A stretch of 20,000 nt of DNA from Malacoraja senta (lineage: Eukaryota). The stretch's first letter is position 1; each line of letters starts with the position of its first letter. A program made the position numbers and the translations under genes. This document shows positions 1 through 8,687 of this stretch, in pieces. Location of the stretch: assembly GCA_038087875.1 (NCBI GenBank), contig JAXLNO010000556.1:115279-135278 (forward strand), given 5' to 3'. The notes beneath the pieces were generated by a model. That model saw nothing but the letters and a program-made list of their open reading frames with translations, was not told the DNA's origin and searched no databases.

Positions 1-259
1 GTTAATTGTTATTAATTACGGATTATTGCTAATTACACAACTAATATATTACATTTATATTTTAGTATTGGAGTTAATTATTATTAATTACTGATTCCTA
101 CTAATTATAAACATTTGTCATTACTAATTACTATTACTAATTATTAATCATTACCATTAATTGGTTTACTTAGAAACAGTTAAAATATGATTATAAGTAA
201 GGTTTAATTTAGGCAATTTATTAATAAGGGTTTGGGGTTTTCCTCTTTATTTTCGTTTA

Positions 260-294
<35 letters not shown>

Positions 295-733
295 TGAATA
301 TGGTAACTTGAGAATAATAACCTTTTTATCAACGGATTATAAATTCTTTGTATTAAAAATGTTTTCTTACTCCCCTAGAAACTGTTTTATTGAATTGTGT
401 TTAATGGAAAGCATGGAGCTGGGATTGTTTTTTCAAAGGCTACGGAAGTCTTTAGAATGCTAGCCACGTTAGTGTGGCTAACACTAAATACACCAATTAT
501 AGATGTAGTTTTCTTCCTTCTTTTGCACCTTACTAATCATCTATTCTGTTACTCTTCTTATTTTATGCTTTATTGTAATTTTAAGTTTGAATGGAACTAT
601 AAGTTTTATCCAAGGAGATATGTACGGAACAACGACCTACGAGATTTAAAATTCATCTATCTGATGTTCGGGTGTAATGTCAGGTTTAGTGTGTTGATAC
701 ATCTGCTCTTTTACAGACCACTCTAAAAATAAG
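1..733 (+). other. AT-rich non-coding region, probably the inter-ORF spacer of L1-A (ORF1 would lie upstream of the window)
   Basis: Directly precedes the L1-A ORF2 ATG at 734. Low-complexity TAATTAC-like motifs; no convincing ORF. L1-B has a similarly long low-complexity spacer. Confidence 0.4.
263..290. repeat. (AT)14 microsatellite
   Basis: Read directly from the sequence. Confidence 0.95.
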
Positions 734-969
734 ATGCAAGATGTTAATATGACAATCGGAGGTGAAGGAATTACATTTTGTAAGTGGAATGTTAAGGGAA
801 TTAATGAACCAATCAAGAGAGGTAAAGTATTAACATTTACTTAAAATTACTTAATTAATTACTAAATTGAAAATTACTTAAGACAGACATAATATTCCTT
901 CAAGAAACCCACCTTAAAAAGGAAGCACAACATAGACTGAAAGCAAAATGGATTGCTGAAACGTATCAT
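734..969 (+). pseudogene. L1-A ORF2 segment 1 (APE endonuclease N-terminus)
   Basis: MQDVNMTIGGEGITFCKWNVKGINEPIKRGKV...DIIFLQETHL; WNVxG and QETH motifs; disrupted by a small expansion at ~836-881. Confidence 0.9.
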
Positions 970-1299
970 AGATACATAGAAAATAGGTGCAGGAGTAGGC
1001 CATTCGGCCCTTCGAGCCTGCACCGCCATTCAATATGATCATGGCTGATCATCCAACTCAGTATCCCGTACCTGCCTTCTCTCCATACCCCCTGATCCCT
1101 TTAGCCACAAGGGCCACATCTAACTCCCTCCTAAATATAGCCAATGAACTGGCCTCAACCACCCTCTGTGGCAGAGAGTTCCAGAGCTTCACCACTCTCT
1201 GTGTGAAAACGTTTTTTCTCATCTCGGTCTTAAAGGATTTCCCCCTTATCCTTAAGCTGTGACCCCTTGTCCTGGACTTCCCCAACATCGGGAACAATC
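970..1299 (-). mobile_element. CR1-clade LINE 3' fragment (copy 1, HER1-like)
   Basis: ORF2 C-terminus (RTRGHSLRI...FTQRVVKLWNSLP), 3' UTR hairpin GGCC-GAAT-GGCC, CTATGTAT-type tail. ATCAT repeated at 965-969 and 1297-1301. Removal restores L1 ETYH|SSFSHKSR. Confidence 0.93.
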
Positions 1300-1301
1300 A
1301 T

Positions 1302-2387
1302 TCCTCATTCTCACATAAATCCAGAGAAGTAGCAATATTAATCCGTAAAGGGATACCTTTTAAACATACATTAACTATAGCGGACAATGATGGTAGATAT
1401 ATTGTATTAGTAAGTGAGCGAAACGCAAAAAAAAGTGATTCTTCTTAATGTTTATGGACCTAATTTTGATAGTCCCATGTTTTTCAAGAAAACACTCAAA
1501 ACAATCCCGGAACTCACACAATACAAATTAATAATTGGAGGAGATTTAAGTTGTACACTAGACCCTTATTTAGACAGATCATCAAGACAAAGAAAAGTAA
1601 AATCTCAGTCAAGTGAATTCCTAAACTCATATATTAATAGCACTAACATCAAGGACGTCTGGAGGATCGAAAATCCAACCGGACGAGAATATTCATTTTA
1701 CTCACGGGTACATAAAACCTACTCAAGAATAGACTATTTTTGTAGACTCTATGCTCATCCCATTTACCTACAACTCGAAATATCATAATATTATAATATC
1801 GGACCACGTACCTTTAACATTTACAATTAAACTAAATGGATTGGCCGAGAAACAAACACAGTGGAGACTCAACCCCCAAATTTTAAATGTAAAAGCATGT
1901 CAGGAATATCTTATTAAACAGATTAATATTTTTTTTTTAGACTAATAACCACCCTGGAACACCTGCCTGCCTTCTTTGGGAAACATTTAAAGCATTTTCT
2001 CGAGGAGCATTAATTTCCTCCCAAGCATTTTATAATAAAGAGAACCGGGTTAAGCAACAGATACTGGAAAGGGAAATAAAGCAATTAGACAAAGAAAATG
2101 CGGCTGCACCATCTATGATAAAACACAATAAAATTGCTGTATTGAAATATAAATTAAATAAAATATACTCAGATCAAGTAATAAAACTCTACCAGCATAC
2201 TAAACAATTACATTTCGAATTCGGTGACAAACCACAAAATCTCTTAGCACGTCAGCTTCGAAAATTGGACGGGGGAAAACAATCCACAAAATTAGATCAG
2301 ACACGGGAGAATTATTAACACTGCCCAAGGATATAAATGAGAGATTTCTGCAATATTATCAAAATCTTTACTCAGCCAAAACTATAG
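1302..2387 (+). pseudogene. L1-A ORF2 segment 2 (endonuclease core and linker), frameshifted
   Basis: NVYGPN, IGGDL, DVWR, SRIDYF, SDH, WRLN and FEFGDKP motifs spread over several frames. Confidence 0.92.
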
Positions 2388-2392
2388 CCAAA

Positions 2393-2884
2393 ACCAGACT
2401 GATTCCTGGGATGTCAGGACTTTCATATGAAGAAAGACTGGATAGACTTGGCTTATCCTCGCTAGAATTTAGGAGATTGAGAGGGGATCTTATAGAAACG
2501 TACACAATTCTTATGGGGTTGGACAGGCTAGATGCAGGAAGATTGTTCCCGATGTTGGGGAAGTCCAGGACAAGGGGTCACAGCTTAAGGATAAGGGGGA
2601 AATCCTTTAAGACCGAGATGAGGGAAAACATTTTCACACAGAGAGTGGTGAATCTCTGGAACTCTCTGCCACAGAGGGTAGTTGAGGCCAGTTCATTGGC
2701 TATATTTAAGAGGGAGTTAGATGTGGCCCTTGTGGCTAAGGGGATCAGGGGGTATGGAGAGAAGGCAGGTACGGGATACCGAGTTGGATGATCAGCCATT
2801 ATCATATTGAATGGCGGTGCAGGCTCGAAGGGCCGAATGGCCTACTCCTGCACCTATTTTCTATGTATCTATCTATCTATGTAT
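2393..2884 (+). mobile_element. CR1-clade LINE 3' fragment (copy 2)
   Basis: LSYEERLDRLGLSSLEFRRLRGDLIETY...WNSLP, 3' hairpin and CTAT tail. TATAG at 2383-2387 and 2882-2886. About 9 differences from copy 1 over ~330 bp (manual count). Confidence 0.94.
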
Positions 2885-2886
2885 AG

Positions 2887-3160
2887 AACATCCGGTAGGA
2901 ATAGTAGCATTCTTACAGAAATGCAATCTAAAAGGTTTAGATTCAAAAGACAGAGATTACTAGAAGCTGAAATAACGGTAAAATATATTGAAGAGTATAT
3001 TAGATCTCTAAAAAACGGCAAGGGCGCCGGCCCAGATGCTATAGGTTCTGAATGTTAAAAAAAACTATTATGATCTGGTCTCTCCACGTTTACAAATACT
3101 GTACGAGTACACTTATACTCAACAGAAACTGCCAGAAACTTTAAACGAATCTATAATAAC
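2887..3160 (+). pseudogene. L1-A ORF2 segment 3 (pre-RT region)
   Basis: LKNGKGAGPDAI and LPETLNESII motifs; contains a stop and frameshifts. Confidence 0.88.
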
Positions 3161-3525
3161 TTAAGGGGTTGGACAGGCTAGATGCAGGAAGATTATTCCC
3201 GATGTTGGGGAAGTCCAGGACAAGGGGTCACAGTTTAAGGATAAAGGTGAAATCCTTTAGGACCGAGATGAGAATAACATTTTTCACACAGAGAGTGATG
3301 AATCTCTGGAACTCTCTGCCACAGAAGGTGGTTGAGGCCAGTTCATTGGCTATATTTAAGAGGGAGTTAGATGTGGCCCTTGTGGCTAAAGGGATCAGGG
3401 GGTATGGAGAGAAGGCAGGTACAGGATCCTGAGTTGGATGATCAGCCATGATCATATTGAATGGCGGTGCAGGCTCGAAGGGCCGAATGGCCTACTCCTG
3501 CACCTGTTTCCTATGTTTCTATGTC
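3161..3525 (+). mobile_element. CR1-clade LINE 3' fragment (copy 3)
   Basis: Same C-terminal peptide and 3' UTR as copies 1 and 2, TTTCTATG tail. TAAC at 3157-3160 and 3526-3529. Confidence 0.93.
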
Positions 3526-3529
3526 TAAC

Positions 3530-4070
3530 TGTGCTGGACCACATTCTGTTTACATGTATTAATGACACCTGCTGGATATTCCGGTTCCTACAGCTTTGAG
3601 TTACCTTTCCTGCTATACAGGAAGTTATCATAAATCAGGAAGACAAGCTCAGATAGAGTACCGCATGGTGTTTAGACAGTGTAATTCCCTGTGTGTAATC
3701 TATCGCCATCCTACCCCACCAGTTTGTTAGACGCAATGTCTGTGAGTAATTATGTTTGTTAACAGCATCTTTATATGTTATAAACGTTATTGAGCAGGAT
3801 TTTTATTATTAACAAAGTTAAGAATGTTTCATGTACCCTGGTTGGTTTCTCACATAACAGCACTCTATTTGGTGGTGGCATCATGGTTTATGTTTTTATA
3901 CCAAGTGTATAACGTAACTAAATATGTTGTTTCCCTTTCTGCTTGTATGTTACAGTTTCAAAGTTGAATACAGTAAAGCATCAACGACATCCTGTGTCTA
4001 CTGGTCTTTATTGGATTAATTGTTTAGCTTGCTAGTTAACTGGATAGGGACATTCAGCGAGTCCAGTATA
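3530..4070 (+). repeat. 5' LTR of the BEL/Pao element
   Basis: Begins TGTGCTGGAC and ends GTCCAGTATA (imperfect 10-bp terminal inverted repeat). 3530-4056 aligns without gaps to 7264-7790 with ~28 mismatches in 527 bp (manual count). Confidence 0.9.
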
Positions 4071-4147
4071 GTGAAAAGACGGCTACCCAACAAGCTGTGT
4101 TACATGGTGGCTCACATCATCACATTGTCCGTCCACACCTCAACGCC

Positions 4148-5872
4148 ATGGCAACAAGCAACCAAGACAACGCTTCGCAGAGTGAAGCCAAGTCTCTCAG
4201 CGTTCGTTCTTACTGCTCTGCAGCCGGTTCCAGTGCTAGCATGGCCGCCCTTAAAGCGCGGGCTAAAGCAAAAGCAGCCGAAGCCAGAGCAGCATTCGCT
4301 CCGAGAGAGATAGATATGGAGGTCGTGGCTGCGCGGATACAGGCGGAGACTAAGCGGATGCAGGCGGAGATGATGGTCGAGGCTACGCGGATGCAGGCGA
4401 CCTTAGAGGCGTTGCAGCAAGAAAAAAAGATGAAAGCAGCCATTGCAGAGGCCGACACCATAGAAGCAGGTCTATTAGCAGAACAAGGGTCACATAATAG
4501 ATTACCAAGCCCTGTTCACCCTCAAAACCAACACGAGCGTACTCTGGACTACGTCATAGAGCAAGCCAGCGTAAAGTCAAGCCAACATGTCACCGATTAT
4601 GATATCGAGAGTGGGAGCATTCTATTTGCTTCATTGCCGCCCGTTCATCAGACCAAGTCTAATCTGGCCAGTTCATTTCATAGGCATCACAATCCCAGTA
4701 ATGTGCAAGGAAACATGGAGCCTAAATTGGAGGATAGAAAACCAACTTCAACCTTTCTGCACAGCGGATTTATCAACTCTCCTCGAGCTACCAACAATAT
4801 CAATCCCACCACCATAGACCTCGCCAGATACCTCGCCCGCAGCCAGCTGATTACAACGGGATTGACGGCCTTTAATGACAAGCCTGGGAATTACTGGGCT
4901 TGGAGATTCTCCTTCCAAAATGCCATAGCAGGCCAGGGCATTTCACCCGGAGAAGAGCTAGACCTTTTGATAAAGTGGCTTGGAAAAGAATCCTCGGAGC
5001 AGGCAACAAGAATTAAGGCTGTCAACATAAGGAATCCATCAGCAGGTTTGAAGATGGTTTGGCAGAGGCTCGAAGAAACATATGGTTCACCTGAGTCTAT
5101 TGAGCATGCCCTCTTTACCAAGCTTGAGAACTTTCCCGTGATCACCATCAAAGAGCCATACAAGCTACATGAGCTCGGGGACCTTCTGTCAGAAATCGAA
5201 GCGGCAAAGGTCGATGGGTATCTACCTGGTTTGTCTTCCCTTGATAACTCCAGGGGAGTTGCACCGATTGTTGAGAAGCTTCCTCATAACATGCAGGAAA
5301 AGTGGACAGGCTTCGGATCAGATTACAAACGCCGCCACCGCATCCCTTTCCCCCCATTTAGAGTGTTTGCCGACTTTATCCGCATAGAGGCAAAAACCAG
5401 AACGGATCCCAGCTTCAATCTTTGCTTCTCTCATCCAGCAATCGTCCAGAGGGAAAACATAGAGAGACATGGTAAAACTCTCGTCTCTGTCCACAGGACA
5501 CAAGCATCTCCAACAACTCCTGAGACACAGAAATCCAGTGACCCATCGAAGCTGTGTCCCATTCATGCTATGATTCATCCATTAAAGAAGTGCAGAGCCT
5601 TCAGAGAAAAGAGCCTGGAAGACCGCAAACACTTCCTTAAGGAACATTCCATTTGTTTCCGCTGCTGCTCCTCCACAAGTCATTTCGCCAAGAACTGTAC
5701 AGCAGAAGTGAAATGTACTGAGTTCGACAGTGACAGACACCTCTCTGCACTACATCCAGGCCCAGCCCCTTGGAAGTCCAAGTCATCTCCCCCCGCATCT
5801 GAGCATTGCGGGGAGGAAGAGGAAAGCAGTAAACCAGGAGATCACCTCCAGATGCACAGAGGTGTGCGGTGA
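4148..5872 (+). CDS. gag: BEL/Pao Gag-like protein (574 aa from the first ATG; last ~14 codons probably out of frame)
   Basis: Ala/Glu-rich coiled coil, FNDKPGNYWAWRFSF (DUF1759-like), knuckles CPIHAMIHPLKKC, CFRCCSSTSHFAKNC and CTEFDSDRHLSALH. ATG in GCCATGG context. Confidence 0.85.
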   Translation: MATSNQDNASQSEAKSLSVRSYCSAAGSSASMAALKARAKAKAAEARAAFAPREIDMEVVAARIQAETKRMQAEMMVEATRMQATLEALQQEKKMKAAIAEADTIEAGLLAEQGSHNRLPSPVHPQNQHERTLDYVIEQASVKSSQHVTDYDIESGSILFASLPPVHQTKSNLASSFHRHHNPSNVQGNMEPKLEDRKPTSTFLHSGFINSPRATNNINPTTIDLARYLARSQLITTGLTAFNDKPGNYWAWRFSFQNAIAGQGISPGEELDLLIKWLGKESSEQATRIKAVNIRNPSAGLKMVWQRLEETYGSPESIEHALFTKLENFPVITIKEPYKLHELGDLLSEIEAAKVDGYLPGLSSLDNSRGVAPIVEKLPHNMQEKWTGFGSDYKRRHRIPFPPFRVFADFIRIEAKTRTDPSFNLCFSHPAIVQRENIERHGKTLVSVHRTQASPTTPETQKSSDPSKLCPIHAMIHPLKKCRAFREKSLEDRKHFLKEHSICFRCCSSTSHFAKNCTAEVKCTEFDSDRHLSALHPGPAPWKSKSSPPASEHCGEEEESSKPGDHLQMHRGVR

Positions 5873-7214
5873 TGGGGTCAGCGCGAGAGTATCTGCTAAG
5901 ATATGTCTCATCTCAGTCTATCCAGAAGGACGTCGCCAAGAGGCACGCAGGATGTACACTATCTGAGATGAACAGAGCAACCGCTCTCTTGCAACATCTG
6001 AGTTTTTCAATATATTTTAGATCAAAGGAAATCTTAAGCCATATACACTGCGGACATGTGCCGGGCTCAAGCAAACTGCAGGTAGAACAGCCTGCGGTTA
6101 CATGGTGGAGTCTGTGGATGAGAAGACATTGCTCCCTCTTCCTCCACTCCTAGAATGCAATCAAGTGCCTAACAACCGTGCCAAGATCCCCATTCCCAAT
6201 GCTGCGCGTCACCACAGCCATCTCAGATGCATTGCCAACGTGATTCCTCCACTGGACCCAAACGCCAAAATACTGCTCCTATTGGGAAGCTATATTCTGC
6301 AGGTGCATAAAGTGAGGAAACTAATTAACGGTCCCAACAATGCCCCGTTCGCCCAGAAGCTGGATCTGGGATGGGTAGTTGTCGGCAATGTAGGTCTTGG
6401 TGGAGCAGGATCTACATATGCTACAGATTCCACGCCCCTACACCACATTCTCAAAGTTGAGCATGCTACAAAAGGAGCTTTGACTGTTCTCAGACGCATC
6501 AGTCAAGGCCATTGCCGCAGTTGCCTATCTGAGGGTCACCACCGAAGACGGAATAACGGGGGTGGGCTTCATCTTTGGGAAAGCAAAGCGGGCAACCCAG
6601 CCAGAGCTCACTATTCCAAGACTGGAATTGTGTGCAGCGGTCCTGGCTGTCGAAATCGCAGAGATGATTGTGAAGGAGATGGACTTGTCATTCGACGACA
6701 TCATCTACCACACGGACAGCAAAGTAGTGCTGGAGTACATCTGTAACCGCTCAGGCGGTTTTACACATACTTCCACAGCCGTGTCCAACGCATCTATCAG
6801 GTTTCGTCATCTCATCAGTGGGGGTTTGTTCCCACGGATGACAACCCAGCTGACCCCGGATCACGGTCCGTCCCAGAAGCTCTACACTGCACCACCACCT
6901 GGCTGTCACGACCAGCGTTTCTCAAGAGACCACGTGCCTGCAATGTTTTACCTCAAGAGACCTTTGAGGTCGCGGAGCCAGATATAGATAGTGAGATCCG
7001 TCCTCTTGCAACTAACATGACGCAGGTCTTTACTGTGCTGAATCCCTCAAGAAATGAATGGCCCATGGCAATCATCTCAAAGACTTTTCCAAGTCAAGAT
7101 GGGCAGGTTCGGAGAGTGGAAGTCAGAATCTTCAAGGATGGAGGCCAGAAGTTCTACGTCCGCCCAATCACCGAAGTGGTTCTTCTCCTGTCTCCCGAGG
7201 ACTCTGGGAGTTAA
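5830..7214 (+). pseudogene. pol: BEL/Pao pol remnant: protease, RNase H, integrase C-terminal tail
   Basis: I*DEQSNRSL protease motif with stop at 5964-5966, LLLG, LGWVVVG. Jump at ~6407 to FSDAS, IPRLELCAA, TDSKVVL, NPAD. Jump at ~7030-7045 to RNEWP...DGQVRRVEV...RPITEVVLL. Confidence 0.9.
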
Positions 7215-7253
7215 ATGGGAGATTCGCATGGGAGATTTGCAATGGGAGACCCC

Positions 7254-7263
7254 AGGCGGGGAG
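7254..7263 (+). other. Polypurine tract of the BEL/Pao element
   Basis: AGGCGGGGAG directly before the TG of the 3' LTR. Confidence 0.8.
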
Positions 7264-7790
7264 TGTGCTGGACCACATTCTGTTTACATGTATTAATGCC
7301 ACCTGCTGGATATTCCGGTTCCTACAACTTTGAGTTACCTTTCCTGTTATACAGGAAGTTATGATAAATCAGGAAGTCCAGCTCAGAGAGAGTACCGCAT
7401 GGTGTTTAGACAGTGTGATTCCCAGCGTGTAATCTATCGCCATCCTACACCACCAGTTTGTTAGATGCAATGTCTGTGAGTAATTATATTTGTTAACAGC
7501 ATCTTTATATGTTATAAACGTTATTGAGCAGGATTTTTATTATTAACAAAGCTAACAAAGTTTCATGTACCCTGGTTGGTTTCTCACATAACAGCACTCT
7601 ATTTGGTGGTGGCATCATAGTTTATGTTTCTATACCAAGTGTTAAACGTAACTAAATATGCTGTTTCCCTTTCTGCTTGTATGTTACAGTTTCAAAGTTG
7701 AATACAGTAAAGCATCAACGACATCTTGTGTCTACGGGTCTTTATTGGATTAATTGTTTAACTTGCTACATAGGTGGATAGGGACATTCA
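7264..7790 (+). repeat. 3' LTR of the BEL/Pao element (apparently 14 bp shorter at its right end)
   Basis: Direct repeat of 3530-4056. Ends CATTCA, then L1-A sequence resumes. Confidence 0.92.
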
Positions 7791-7794
7791 TAAC

Positions 7795-8687
7795 ACTTAT
7801 ACCAAAAACAGATGACCCTGAAGACCCAGGCTCATATAGAGCAATTGCTCTCTTAAATACCGATCAGAAAATATTAACTAAAATCCTAGCACAAAGATTA
7901 AGTACACTGATTAATAAATTAATACACCCTGACCAAACAGGCTTTATCCCGAAACGTTACTAATCTTATAATTTTAGACGATTAGTTAATATAATATACT
8001 CAAAGAGAATCACTAACGTAGACCTAGCAATAATGTCGCTAGATGCTGAGAAAGCATTTGATCAGGTTGAATGGCCCTATCTATTTTCGGTGATGGTAAT
8101 ATTTCAATTGGGTGAGAAGTTCTGTACATGGGTAAAACTTTTGTACACTAACCCAACAGCTATCATATTAACAGATCAAATGTTATCAACTAAATTTAAT
8201 TTATTTAGAATTTGTAGACAGGGATGCCCGCTATCTCCGTTAATATTTGCACTCGCTATTGAGCCACTTGCTGAAAGTGTTATGGCCCATCCAGAAATAT
8301 ATGGGTATTATACTAAAGACACTGTGAATACAATTTCTTTATATGCAGAAGATGTATTAATTTACATTACAAAACCAGAAATTAGTATCCCAAACTTATT
8401 AAATCCAATAACTCAATTTGGTTTGTTTTCCGGATACAGAATTATTTGGAATAAAAGCGAAATCATGCCAATAACGGAACTCAATCTACATACAAGACAA
8501 CAATCCCCGTTTAAAATAGTTAATGAAAAATTTAAATATCTAGGAATTTATGTCACTATGACATATGCCTCGTTATTTAAATTAAATTTCGCCCCTTTAC
8601 TGAATAAACTACACACGAATATTCAGTATTGGAAAACACTCCCTATTTCAATGTTTGGTAGGAATAATGCCATAAAATGATTTTTTT
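7795..8687 (+). pseudogene. L1-A ORF2 segment 4 (reverse transcriptase)
   Basis: LIPK, SYRAIALLN, QTGFIP, SLDAEKAFD, RQGCPLSP, YAED (degenerate YADD), KYLGI; contains a stop and frameshift. Confidence 0.94.

Larger units (their letters stand above)
3530..7790 (+). mobile_element. BEL/Pao LTR retrotransposon, internally deleted (no RT, no integrase core)
   Basis: Two direct LTRs, gag with three zinc knuckles, protease, Pao-type RNase H, integrase C-terminal tail and PPT. Only 4.26 kb long. Confidence 0.94.

Noticed and set aside
461..480. Short hairpin TAGCCAC-GTTAGT-GTGGCTA in the L1-A upstream region
   Set aside because: A 7-8 bp stem is expected by chance in 20 kb, and there is no second copy to show conservation.
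397..726. 109-aa ORF upstream of L1-A ORF2
   Set aside because: GTG start, composition driven by AT-richness, no L1 ORF1 motifs.
1035..1262. Recurrent 75-aa ORF MIMADHPT... (also 2578-2805 and 3228-3455) as a small gene family
   Set aside because: It is the antisense frame of the CR1 3' end and recurs only because the repeat does.
4148..5872. Domesticated gag host gene
   Set aside because: Still flanked by both LTRs and pol remnants, ends by frameshift, and has a mutated knuckle. There is no evidence of selection from one copy.
6102..6746. 214-aa ORF as a novel protein
   Set aside because: A chimera across the RT deletion: protease-region sequence to ~6407, then out-of-frame RNase H.
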